Translations under genes and position numbers: made by a program
Assembly: GCA_050943615.1 (NCBI GenBank)
Contig: JBMNPN010000003.1
Span: forward strand, 1,058-65,057
Length of the DNA: 64,000 nt
Reading direction: 5' to 3'
Source: Coriobacteriales bacterium
GTDB taxonomy: Bacteria; Actinomycetota; Coriobacteriia; Coriobacteriales; QAMH01
Shown here: piece by piece, positions 8,240 through 21,514 of the stretch
Numbering within the stretch: position 1 is the stretch's first letter
Layout: each line of letters starts with the position of its first letter
The notes under the pieces: model-generated
Databases searched by the model: none
Told to the model about the DNA's origin: nothing
Seen by the model: only the letters and a program-made list of their open reading frames with translations

Positions 8240-10633
8240 CTAAGCAGAGCCGAAGCGGGCCAGATAGCGCGCCTCGTAGCGAAGCGCCACGTTGAACAGG
8301 AGATTGAACATAACGGTCACGAGCACGCTCAGCGCTATGGTCGTGATCACCATCTCGAAGCTGAAGGGCGTGAGCATGAAGACAAAGCCGAACGGCCCGA
8401 TGCCCAGCACCAGCCCGCCCACGATCACCACGAGCATGGTGACGCGGATGGGGTTGAAGGGAATCGAGAGCCGGATGACGAGGTTCACGCCAGAGACGCT
8501 GGCAAGGATCACGCACAGCGTGGAGAACTGGTCCTGGTCGAGCCCGACCAGAAAGCCCACGATGACGGCGATGATGACCGCGACCACGATGCTCACCGCC
8601 CCGGGAATCGCGCGTGTGACGACGTTTCTCAGGAACTTCCCGCGGATACGGTCGTGGTTGGGCTCGAGCGCGAGCACGAAGCTCGGAAGCCCGATGGTAA
8701 AGGCGTCGATCAAGGTGAGCTGAATGGTCATGAACGGGTAGTTGTAGGCGAGGATGAAGGTGAAGAGCACGGAAAACGCCATGGAAAAGAGCGTCTTCAC
8801 CAAGAAGAGCGAGCCCGAGCGTTGCAGGTTGTTGATGGAGCGGCGCCCCTCGGCCACGACGTGCGGCATGGAGCTGAAGTCGTTGTCGAGCAAGACGAGC
8901 TGTGCCACACTGCGGGCCGCGTCCGAGCCACTTCCCATGGCAACCGAACAGTCAGCGGCGTGCAGCGCGAGCACGTCGTTCACCCCGTCGCCGGTCATCG
9001 CGACGGTATGGCCCTGGGCCTGCAGCGCCTTGACCAGATCGCGTTTCTGCAGGGGCGTCACGCGCCCGAAGACGCGACAGTCACGGGCGGCGGCCTCGAG
9101 CTCTTCTTGCGTGGTGACGGTGCTCATGTCGATGCAGCGCTCCGCGTGCGGAACTCCCACCGAGCGGGCGATGTTCTCCACCGTCTCGACGGCATCTCCG
9201 CTGATGATGTCGATGCGGACGCCCTGCTCCTGGAAATACGAGAGCGTCTGCGCCGCCGTGCTGCGCACGCGGTCCTTGATAAAGACGAAGGCGAGCGGCT
9301 CCGCATTCCCGACGATGGCACCTTCCTCGTCGAAATCCTGCACGCGCGCCACCACGAGCGCGCGGCGCGTTCCGCTCAGGCGGCTGATAGCATCCTGAGC
9401 GTGCTCGAGAGAATCCGAGCCCGCGAGGACGAACTCGGCGGCGCCGATCGCGTAGTTGCCCGCCTCGCTGCCGTAGCAGATGCCCGAGAACTTGTGCTCG
9501 GAGGAAAACGGGATGATGCGCGGCTTTCCCGAAACGGCTTCGGGCGCATCGGGGGCCTCCTCGAGATTCTCGATATAGGCATGGACCGCCTTGGCCGTCT
9601 CGTTCACGCCGTTCTCCATGACCTTGTCGAGCGCGACGAGAGCATGGAGCGCCTCGGGGTAACCGACTCCCTGGAAGGGGACGACCTCGTCGACGTCCAT
9701 TTCACCGGTCGTGATCGTGCCAGTCTTGTCGAGGCAGACCACATCGACGCGTGCAAGGGTCTCGACGCAGTAGAGCTCCTGCACGAGCACGCGGTGCTGC
9801 GCCAGGCGCAGCACACTCACCGCGAGCACCGCGCTCGTGAGCAAGATGAGTCCCTGCGGGATCATGCCGACGAGCGCTGCCGAGACGTGCAGGATGGCGG
9901 TCTCTAACGTGCCGCCGCCCAAGGTGAGCTCCTTTGCCATGAGGAGCACGCCCAAGGGAACGATGAGCGTGGTCACGAACTTGATGATCCGGTTGAGCGA
10001 GTACATGATGTCGCTTGCCGCCTTCTTGTGGACCTTGGCGGCATTGTTGATCTTGGTCGCATAGTTGTCGGCGCCCACGGCAGTGACACGCGCCGTGCAC
10101 TCCCCCACGCTCACGAACGAGCCCGAGAGCATCGTATCCCCCGCCTTCTTGGAGACGATCGCGCTCTCTCCGGTGAGCAGGCTTTCGTTGGCACCGCAGG
10201 AACCCGAGAGTACCAGGCAGTCGGAGGGCACCTGGTCGCCGCGCCCGAGCGTGATGACATCGTCGAGCACGATCTGGTCGATGGGGATATCGGATTGGAC
10301 GCCATCGCGCAGCACGTGGGCGCGAGTCGCCGTCAGCACGCTCAGTCTGTCGATGGTGAGTTTGCTTCGAACCTCCTGGAAGATGCCGATGGCGATATTG
10401 CAGATGATGATGACCATGAAGAGCAGGTTGCGATACGAGCCCGTCCAGAAGATCGCCGCGGCGAGCACGATGTTCACGAGGTTGAAGAGCGTACAGACGT
10501 TGTCACGGACGATCTGGGCGATCGTGCGCGTCTTGACGTCGGCATTGACGTTGACCTTGCCCGCGGCAACACGTGCCGCGACCTCAGCAGAACTCAGGCC
10601 CTGAACTCTCGTATCTGTCCCCGTATTGCCCAT
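8240..10633 (-). CDS. Cation-translocating P-type ATPase (P2/CtpE-like)
   Basis: Motifs LLTGESAIV, DKTGTITTGEM and MTGDGVNDVLAL. N-terminal LSSAEVAARVAAGKVN. TM4 motif IPQGL rather than PEGL or CPC. Start is ATG 10633 (MGNTG) or 10651. Upstream ORF codons overlap the clpB terminator hairpin. Confidence 0.85.
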   Translation of the reverse strand: MGNTGTDTRVQGLSSAEVAARVAAGKVNVNADVKTRTIAQIVRDNVCTLFNLVNIVLAAAIFWTGSYRNLLFMVIIICNIAIGIFQEVRSKLTIDRLSVLTATRAHVLRDGVQSDIPIDQIVLDDVITLGRGDQVPSDCLVLSGSCGANESLLTGESAIVSKKAGDTMLSGSFVSVGECTARVTAVGADNYATKINNAAKVHKKAASDIMYSLNRIIKFVTTLIVPLGVLLMAKELTLGGGTLETAILHVSAALVGMIPQGLILLTSAVLAVSVLRLAQHRVLVQELYCVETLARVDVVCLDKTGTITTGEMDVDEVVPFQGVGYPEALHALVALDKVMENGVNETAKAVHAYIENLEEAPDAPEAVSGKPRIIPFSSEHKFSGICYGSEAGNYAIGAAEFVLAGSDSLEHAQDAISRLSGTRRALVVARVQDFDEEGAIVGNAEPLAFVFIKDRVRSTAAQTLSYFQEQGVRIDIISGDAVETVENIARSVGVPHAERCIDMSTVTTQEELEAAARDCRVFGRVTPLQKRDLVKALQAQGHTVAMTGDGVNDVLALHAADCSVAMGSGSDAARSVAQLVLLDNDFSSMPHVVAEGRRSINNLQRSGSLFLVKTLFSMAFSVLFTFILAYNYPFMTIQLTLIDAFTIGLPSFVLALEPNHDRIRGKFLRNVVTRAIPGAVSIVVAVIIAVIVGFLVGLDQDQFSTLCVILASVSGVNLVIRLSIPFNPIRVTMLVVIVGGLVLGIGPFGFVFMLTPFSFEMVITTIALSVLVTVMFNLLFNVALRYEARYLARFGSA

Positions 10634-10683
10634 TGTCCCATCATAGAGCATACGCGCCTTGAAGCCAGCCCTCTCAACACGCG

Positions 10684-10722
10684 AAAAAAGGGCCCTGTGG
10701 AATCTCTTTCCACAGGGCCCTT
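10684..10722 (-). terminator. Rho-independent terminator of clpB
   Basis: 13-bp stem AGGGCCCTGTGGA / TCCACAGGGCCCT, followed on the minus strand by a run of six T. Confidence 0.65.
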
Positions 10723-10758
10723 GTCGCACATGCCCTGCAATCTTGCAGAGCTCGAACT

Positions 10759-13374
<2,616 letters not shown>

Positions 13375-13440
13375 GTTCGTTCCTCCTTCTCTACCCTCAG
13401 TGGATAGTGTCTAGTTGTATGAGTTTATTAAACACCTAAT

Positions 13441-13475
13441 GACATAGAAAATCTATGTCTGTCATTGTCAAGTTT
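13441..13475 (-). promoter_or_regulatory. clpB promoter/operator region
   Basis: On the minus strand: AAACTTGACAA (-35 TTGACA at 13471-13466), then a perfect inverted repeat GACATAG-N5-CTATGTC (13441-13459). The 5' part is shared with the dnaK upstream region. Confidence 0.45.
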
Positions 13476-13624
13476 GCGCGTTGTTGCCTGCTCGTAACGG
13501 ATATGGCATTCCAGATGAGCATGCCAGCAAGAAGGCCGCCGACTCCCCGTGAAAGGGGAAGCCCAGCGGCCCTCATCGGCAGCTGTTCGATTGTCGAAAC
13601 CGGCATGCAACGCCGTGCCTGCTC

Positions 13625-14047
13625 TCAGTTGTGGAGCTCGTCGCCCCAGCTTTCCATCTGGCTTGCCTCGCTCAAGAGCTTGGAGTGGTTGGTGCGCTTG
13701 GTCAGTCCGGTGATGGTCTGGCGCATCCTGAGCTCGCGCACCTCGTCTTGGGAGGCGTCGAGTTGCTCGCGCAGGGACTTTATCTCGGACTTGAGGTCTG
13801 CCATCTGCTCGCGCAGGTCGAGGATGCGCATGACGCCCGCGAGGTTGATGCCCTCGTCCGTGAGCTGACTCACCAGCTCGAGGCGCTCGACGTCCGCCTG
13901 CGAGTACATGCGCGTGTTGCCCTTCGTGCGCTGGGGCGTCACAAGCCCCTTTGCCTCGTAGATGCGCAGGGTCTGCGGGTGCAACCCCGCGAGATCTGCT
14001 GCCACGCTGATCATGTATAGCGGCTTGTTCTTATCTGCCTTGGGCAT
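13625..14047 (-). CDS. hspR: MerR-family heat-shock repressor HspR
   Basis: HTH YMISVAADLAGLHPQTLRIYEAKGLVTPQRTKGNTRMYS. Last gene of the dnaK operon. ATG 14047 (MPKADKNK) has AGGAG 8 nt upstream; the track start is GTG 14056. Confidence 0.85.
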   Translation of the reverse strand: MPKADKNKPLYMISVAADLAGLHPQTLRIYEAKGLVTPQRTKGNTRMYSQADVERLELVSQLTDEGINLAGVMRILDLREQMADLKSEIKSLREQLDASQDEVRELRMRQTITGLTKRTNHSKLLSEASQMESWGDELHN

Positions 14048-14077
14048 CGTGCTCACTCCTCATCTTCCTTGCGCCCG

Positions 14078-15073
14078 CTAGGCGCGCACCTTGCTGTTCT
14101 TTATGCGCGTCACTTCGGCGCTTATATTCGAACGAAGCCCTTCGGCGGCGGGTGATGCCGCTCGATACGCCTCGATTGCCTTTTTCTGCTCTGCGTTCAT
14201 GGTCTTGGGGTAGGAGACCTTCACCGTCACGCGCAAGTCTCCCGAGCCGGAGCCCTTGAGCTTGGGCGCGCCCTTTCCCCTCACGCGCAGGACCTTGCCG
14301 TCTCTCGTCCCCGCAGGGATACGGAGCTTGACAAGAGAGCCATCGGGTGTCGGGATGACGACGCTCGTCCCGAGCAGCGCCTCGTCCAGGCTCACGGGAA
14401 GGTCCATGCACACATCGGCCTTGTCCCGCTTGTAGAGTGGATGGGCCTTCAGCTTCGTGATGATGTAGAGGTCGCCGCGCTTGCCGCCGTTCCTGCCATA
14501 TTCGCCGCGCCCGCGGTAACGAAGCTTGCCGCCGTCTTGGGCGCCCGCAGGCACCTTGACCGTGATGGACTCGGTCTCGCCGGTCGAGGGGACCTTGATC
14601 GTCACGCGCTTGTTCGTGCCCTTGAACGCCTCCTCGAACGTGAGGAGCACCGTCGCCCTGAGGTCACGTCCCTTCTCGGCGCGGTTGACGTTGAAATCCC
14701 AGTCGCTTCCGAACGCGCCGTCGCCGTTGCGGATGCTACTGAAGATATCAGCCCAGTCAAAATCGCCGCTTCCACCCGTGGAGGTGTAGGTGTAGGTGCG
14801 ACCACCTCCCGGCCAGCCCTGGGCACCTGACCATCCACCAGCCCGGCCGGCCTGCTGGGCATTGAAGCCGTCTACCGTGCCGAACTTGTCGTACATCTTC
14901 CTCTTCTGCGGATCAGAAAGCACCTCATATGCTTCGTTGATCTGCTTGAACGTTTCTTCATCGCCGCCCGCGTCGGGATGGTGCTTTTGCGCGAGCTTGC
15001 GAAATGCTTTCTTGATCTCGTCAGCGGAAGCGCTCTTCTTGACGCCGAGCACGTCGTAGTAGTTCTTTGCCAT
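14078..15073 (-). CDS. dnaJ: J-domain co-chaperone, CbpA-like (no zinc-finger domain)
   Basis: Start ATG 15073. J domain [30 protein letters not shown]. Gly-rich linker and C-terminal DnaJ_C domains present. No CxxCxGxG repeats anywhere. Confidence 0.85.
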   Translation of the reverse strand: MAKNYYDVLGVKKSASADEIKKAFRKLAQKHHPDAGGDEETFKQINEAYEVLSDPQKRKMYDKFGTVDGFNAQQAGRAGGWSGAQGWPGGGRTYTYTSTGGSGDFDWADIFSSIRNGDGAFGSDWDFNVNRAEKGRDLRATVLLTFEEAFKGTNKRVTIKVPSTGETESITVKVPAGAQDGGKLRYRGRGEYGRNGGKRGDLYIITKLKAHPLYKRDKADVCMDLPVSLDEALLGTSVVIPTPDGSLVKLRIPAGTRDGKVLRVRGKGAPKLKGSGSGDLRVTVKVSYPKTMNAEQKKAIEAYRAASPAAEGLRSNISAEVTRIKNSKVRA

Positions 15074-15222
15074 GGCGCTTCGCCTACCTTTCATTCAAAT
15101 TTATTCTGTAAAGCGCAGGTCCCCGAAAACAGCCAACCGCGCATTTGCGGCCAAGTTGCCTCCGAGGACTTGCCTCATCGTATTCAATCATAGAGGGAAA
15201 CCCTCGTTTGGCTCTATGAGAA

Positions 15223-15257
15223 CCGAAATGCGCGCTCGGTCAAGGCACGCATTTCGG
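15223..15257 (-). other. Stem-loop in the 190-nt grpE-dnaJ spacer
   Basis: 10-bp stem CCGAAATGCG / CGCATTTCGG with a 15-nt loop and no strong U tract. Possibly an attenuator or processing site. Confidence 0.3.
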
Positions 15258-15266
15258 CATCATTTG

Positions 15267-15985
15267 CTATTCATCAGACTCCTCAGAATCCGACTTTTTA
15301 CGCGCCGGGCCTCCGACGCTGGTCACGACCATTGCCGGACGCAAGACCTTGTCGCCCATCATGTAGCCCTGCTGAAAGACCTGTACGACCGTCTCTTCCG
15401 GGACACTGTCGTCTTCAGCAGTGCTGACCGCCTGGTGCAAGTTCACGTCGAACGGCTCGCCCTGCGCCTCGATCTGCTCGACTTTGTGCTTGCCGAGTAT
15501 CTGGAGGAACTTGGTCTGAATGGCCTCGACGCCTTCTGTCAGACTGCCGCCCTCGCCGGTGTCCTTTGCATGCTGCAGAGCGCGCTCAAGATCGTCCAGC
15601 ACGGGAAGCAGGTCCTTGACCAGGCTCTCGGATGCACGGACCCGTTCGGCCTCGCGTTCGGCCGCCGTCCGCTTGCGGTAGTTGTCCCACTCCGCCTGCA
15701 GACGGGCGTAGCGATCGCGCAGATCGGTCACTTCCTGCTTGATCGCATCGAAGACGTTGACCTGGTCGTCGGCGTTCTGCTCGTCGGAGCTTTCCCCCGA
15801 AGCCTCCTCATCATCAGATGCCTCAGCCGAGTCAGTGGTATCGGCATCTTCGGGTGCGGGCGCCTCGGGCGTCTCCTCGGTGTCTTCCTGCTCGATTTCG
15901 GGCTCGAGCACCTCATCGGCCTCGGAAGAGGCGGCCTGCTCGACCGCCTCTTCGTTGCCGGAGGACTTGGCCTCCTCGGCCGACA

Positions 15986-15986
<1 letters not shown>
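15267..15986 (-). CDS. grpE: Nucleotide exchange factor GrpE
   Basis: Acidic N-terminus, then RLQAEWDNYRKRTAAERE...LLPVLDDLERAL...GYMMGDKVLRPAMV. The start shares 1 nt with the dnaK stop (TAATG). Confidence 0.9.
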
Positions 15987-18000
<2,014 letters not shown>

Positions 18001-18069
18001 CCTAAAACCTTTTCAGCAAACCGTTATCTTGCTGTCACTTGAGATTTTATGAGGAAGGAACGAGATGCA

Positions 18070-18495
18070 TTGAGCAGCGAGTACGCAAGGTCGCGGAATT
18101 AGAATCCGCGCAACGTATTTCGTCATCTGACCAGATTCACGGTCAGACGGCCCATAGCTGTGCGCGAGCTCGTGCGACTCGATTCCCATGCAACGTATTT
18201 CGTCATCTGACCAGATTCACGGTCAGATGCCCCGTGGCTTTGCGCGAATCCGAGATTTCTCAAACTCATGCAATGTATATCGTCATCTGACCGCGATTCT
18301 GGTCAGATGGCCCGTGGCGTTGTTCGAAGGCGAGGGACCGCGAGGTCCGCGCAACGCATAGCGTCATCTGACCGCCAATCTGGTCAGACGGCCCGTGGCT
18401 TTGCGCGAATCCGAGATTTCTCAAACTCATGCAATGTATATCGTCATCTGACCGCGATTCCGGTCAGACGGCTCGTGGCTTTGCACGGAAACGTC
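18070..18495 (+). repeat. Family A tandem repeat array 1 (5 units, 80-81 nt period)
   Basis: Units start at 18110, 18190, 18270, 18351 and 18431. Conserved module: GCAACGTATTTCGTCATCTGACC-N8-GGTCAGATGGCCCGTGGCTTTGCGCGAA. It contains a 9-bp hairpin, CATCTGACC/GGTCAGATG, with a variable 8-nt loop. Confidence 0.85.
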
Positions 18496-18519
18496 GGAGC
18501 GATATGCAGCTCTCAGCGT

Positions 18520-19098
18520 TTATTCCGTTGCATGAGCTGCACGCCAGGCGCGAATCTTTCGCGCTGTGGGACGGTAGACATCGCTGAACAGGTAGCTCAC
18601 AAGCGGCTTTACCAGCAGAAAGACGAGCGCATAAGCAATCGCCGCCGCTTTCGGGAGCATCACCAGATAGTCCGTAGGAAAGGCAGCCCACGACGAACCG
18701 CTCATCACGATGCCGAACGCCGTTCCGAAAACGCACATGATCGGCGCCATGATGCAGACGTTGATGAAGACGAAGAGCGCCTGGCTTGCGGCACCCGCAA
18801 AATAGGGAGTCACGAGATGCGCCTGCAGCCAGAAACTCAGCTTGTTGGCGAACAGGCTCCTGATGGCAAAGGCGATGGCAAACCAGATGGGAAGCGTCGC
18901 GAGCAATTTGAGAGCATGGGCAATCGGGCTTCCAACGACGATGACGTTGATGCTAAGAATCATCGCAACGGCGGTTACAAAGGCGAACAGCCCTTGAAAG
19001 ATCAGGCCTTCCCGTTTGCTGCTCGGCCCCGCAAACTGTCCGCTGAGCAGCTTGAAGTACTTGCGCAGCGCGCGTGAGAATAGTTTGAACAATTGCAT
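18520..19098 (-). CDS. Small polytopic membrane protein, unknown function (possibly DUF2798-like)
   Basis: Start moved to ATG 19098 (MQLFKLFSRALRKYF), with AAGGA upstream. About 4 hydrophobic segments. The family guess is weak. Confidence 0.5.
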   Translation of the reverse strand: MQLFKLFSRALRKYFKLLSGQFAGPSSKREGLIFQGLFAFVTAVAMILSINVIVVGSPIAHALKLLATLPIWFAIAFAIRSLFANKLSFWLQAHLVTPYFAGAASQALFVFINVCIMAPIMCVFGTAFGIVMSGSSWAAFPTDYLVMLPKAAAIAYALVFLLVKPLVSYLFSDVYRPTARKIRAWRAAHATE

Positions 19099-19539
19099 TT
19101 TGCACGTCCTTATCCATGTGCGAGAGGCAGCGGCGCCTTGGGCGGAGCGCATGCTCTCACACTTCAAAGACCCTGGATGCGCAGGTCTACGTATATAAGT
19201 GATTTTGGGAAATTCGATTTTCCGACGTAACGTCGAAAACAACGATGCCCGCCCCACTAAGGCCGCATCTGTTTTCCATTTTATACAAAGTGCAGAGCAT
19301 GTCTTACATAAATATTCGGTGAGCGGCCTGCCAGTAAATGAAAAATCTCTATACAAAGAATGTTTTCAGCAATACCTATAGCGTTGACCAGCGGCTTTGC
19401 TAATTTCGTCAACAGGTAGCCAATCGATGCATCAAAGATTTGCCAACGGCCTATTGTCATTGTGTTCTCATATCGTTATTTTCTATTCGTCGTTTGCGGG
19501 TCATCAGTGACCCATGCCCCCTACAGAGAGAGGACTACC

Positions 19540-19725
19540 ATGGCTGCTCCTGAAATTGACACTGAAGAATGCTCAGGCTGTGGCATCTGCGTTGACACAT
19601 GCCCCAATGGCGTTCTCGACATCGTCGGCAGCACTGCTGCTGTCGTCAACGAAGAAGCCTGTGACGAGTGCGGCGAGTGCATGGAGGAATGCCCCCTCGG
19701 CGCCATCGTCGTAGACGACAACTAA
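19540..19725 (+). CDS. 2[4Fe-4S] ferredoxin
   Basis: 61 aa starting at ATG 19540 (MAAPEIDTEE), with GAGAGAGGA upstream. Two CxxCxxCxxxCP motifs: CSGCGICVDTCP and CDECGECMEECP. Confidence 0.8.
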   Translation: MAAPEIDTEECSGCGICVDTCPNGVLDIVGSTAAVVNEEACDECGECMEECPLGAIVVDDN

Positions 19726-19795
19726 GCTCAACCCTCCATCACACCAGGGACAGAGCACATACGCAGGGCCCGGGCGCTATGCTCGGGTCACTAAG

Positions 19796-19827
19796 AACGC
19801 CGCCGTAAAAAGGCGGCGTTTCCTTTT
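19796..19827 (+). terminator. Rho-independent terminator after the ferredoxin gene
   Basis: Stem AACGCCGCC / GGCGGCGTT, 7-nt loop, then TCCTTTTCC. Confidence 0.55.
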
Positions 19828-19847
19828 CCACGCACATAGTTTCCCGC

Positions 19848-20423
19848 TCAGTTGAACTTGTTCATGGCCTTTTGAGGCGACTCCTCGAGGAGGTCGAGCA
19901 CAGCAGCCCCGGCACGGTCTATCGCCTGCTCGAATAGCTCGGCATCCGTACCGCGCGGCACCTGTAGCACATAGTCCACCACCGTCTTGTGACCGCCGGG
20001 ATGGCCTGTCCCCACCTTGACGTGCACGTATTCGTTCGAGCCGAGCTTTGCGTTGATCGACTTCAGGCCGTTGTGCCCACCGTGGCCGCCGCCGACCTTG
20101 ATGCGGATCTTTCCCGGCTCGAGATCCATATCATCATGTATGACCACGATTTCCCGCGGCTTTATCTTGTGATGCGCCGCAAGCTTGGAGACGGGACCGC
20201 CCGACGTGTTCATATAGGACTGGGGCTTGGCGAGCAGCAGCTCTTCTCCATCGTGTTCGACATGGGCCGTGAGCGCGCCGTCTTCGCTTTTCCAGTAGTG
20301 CGCCCCCAGCTCACCGGCAATATGGTCGATGACGAGAAAACCCGCATTATGGCGGGTTCCCTCGTATTCATCTCCGGGGTTTCCCAACCCGACGATCATC
20401 TTCACCTTGCTTGCAGCGGTCAT
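19848..20423 (-). CDS. pth: Peptidyl-tRNA hydrolase
   Basis: MIVGLGNPGDEYEGTRHNAGF signature. Start is ATG 20423 or ATG 20399; the latter has AAGGTGA upstream. Confidence 0.9.
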   Translation of the reverse strand: MTAASKVKMIVGLGNPGDEYEGTRHNAGFLVIDHIAGELGAHYWKSEDGALTAHVEHDGEELLLAKPQSYMNTSGGPVSKLAAHHKIKPREIVVIHDDMDLEPGKIRIKVGGGHGGHNGLKSINAKLGSNEYVHVKVGTGHPGGHKTVVDYVLQVPRGTDAELFEQAIDRAGAAVLDLLEESPQKAMNKFN

Positions 20424-20435
20424 GATCAGTTATCG

Positions 20436-21416
20436 CTACAGCGCAAAGTCCGGATCGAACAGCGCCGAGACCGAGCCGTTGGTAAAGACGTTGTTGATGG
20501 CCTGGGCAAAGAGCGGGGCGACGCTAATTGTCTTGATCTTTTCCTGCAGGTGCTCCTCGGGAACGGGGATCGTGTTGCAGACGACGATCTCATCGGCAAC
20601 GGAGTTCTCGAGGCGTTCGTAGGCAGGACCGGAAAAGACCGGGTGCGTGGCGCAGACGTGCACGCTCTTTGCGCCGCGGTCCTTGAGGACCTTCATGCCC
20701 GCGCAGATCGTGCCCGCCGTATCAATCATGTCGTCGTTCAAGATGCAGTTCTTACCCTCAACGTCTCCGATGATGCTCGTGATCTCGGCGACGTTGTGCT
20801 TGGGGTGCCCCTTGTGCATGATCGCAAGGTCGGCACCGAGGATGTCGCTCATCTTCTTGGCCGCCTTGGCGCGCCCGACATCGGGGCTCACGACGCAGAT
20901 ATCCTCGAGCCCCTGCTCTTTGAAGTAATCGCAGAAGAGGTTGAGGGCGGTCAGGTGGTTTACGGGAATGTCGAAGAAACCCTGGATCTGCCCTTGGTGA
21001 AGGTCGATGGTCGTGACCGTGTTGACGCCTGCCGTCTGGAGAAGATCGGCGACGAGCTTTGCCGTGATCGGCTCGCGCGCGGCAGACTTGCGGTCCTGGC
21101 GGGCATATCCGTAGTGCGTGATGACGGCATGGATACGCGCCGCGCTTGCGCGCTTGGCGGCATCGGTCATGATGAGGAGCTCCATGAGAGCATCGTTGAC
21201 GCTGCCGGAAATGGATTGGATGAGGAACACATCCTCGCCGCGAATCGATTCCATGAAGCGGACATAGCATTCGCCGTTCGAGAACTTCTCGAGCTTGATA
21301 TCGCCGAGCTCGACTCCCAGATACTCTGCGATTTCCTGCGCCAACTCTGGGTAGACGGAGCCAGAGAAGATGTGGAGCTGTCGCTCCGCCGCTCGAGAAC
21401 GTCGCCTTGCTGCCAT
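20436..21416 (-). CDS. prs: Ribose-phosphate pyrophosphokinase
   Basis: 326 aa. Motifs FSNGECYVRF, YGYARQDRK, VSPDVGRAK, DDMIDTAGT. Confidence 0.93.
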   Translation of the reverse strand: MAARRRSRAAERQLHIFSGSVYPELAQEIAEYLGVELGDIKLEKFSNGECYVRFMESIRGEDVFLIQSISGSVNDALMELLIMTDAAKRASAARIHAVITHYGYARQDRKSAAREPITAKLVADLLQTAGVNTVTTIDLHQGQIQGFFDIPVNHLTALNLFCDYFKEQGLEDICVVSPDVGRAKAAKKMSDILGADLAIMHKGHPKHNVAEITSIIGDVEGKNCILNDDMIDTAGTICAGMKVLKDRGAKSVHVCATHPVFSGPAYERLENSVADEIVVCNTIPVPEEHLQEKIKTISVAPLFAQAINNVFTNGSVSALFDPDFAL

Positions 21417-21514
21417 GATCAGTCTTGCCTTTCTCCTCAGTCAGACCAATGGAAAACGAACATCAATCAACCATTGAAAAGGTACCGCACTTGCTCAGGT
21501 AAAACGAGGTCGAA

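Noticed and set aside
8220-8516. N-terminal extensions of track ORFs (TrkH copy 2; also rsgA 3637-3966, sdhB 45256-45855, hydro-lyase beta 47550-47855, rhaD, asd, HEAT, DASS, ArsP_2-like)
   Set aside because: The extensions overlap the preceding gene or a terminator. Their composition is shadow-ORF-like. An internal ATG or GTG with an SD matches the conserved family N-terminus.
10634-10758. c-di-AMP (ydaO/kimA-type) riboswitch upstream of the K+ transport operon
   Set aside because: Only ~125 nt are available, and ~40 of them are the clpB terminator hairpin. I could not see the conserved ydaO motifs. Also not seen upstream of the CPA2 gene.
13375-13624. Intact canonical HAIR (CTTGAGT-N7-ACTCAAG) or CIRCE element upstream of clpB, and the 60-aa ORF 13428..13610
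   Set aside because: Neither consensus is present intact; only the degenerate shared motif and a different palindrome were found. The small ORF lacks an SD and overlaps the promoter elements.
18070-18495. CRISPR array (also considered for 26340-26655)
   Set aside because: The whole 80-nt unit is repeated. The 'spacers' are a few recurring tail types rather than unique sequences. The repeats are imperfect, and no cas genes or leader are present.
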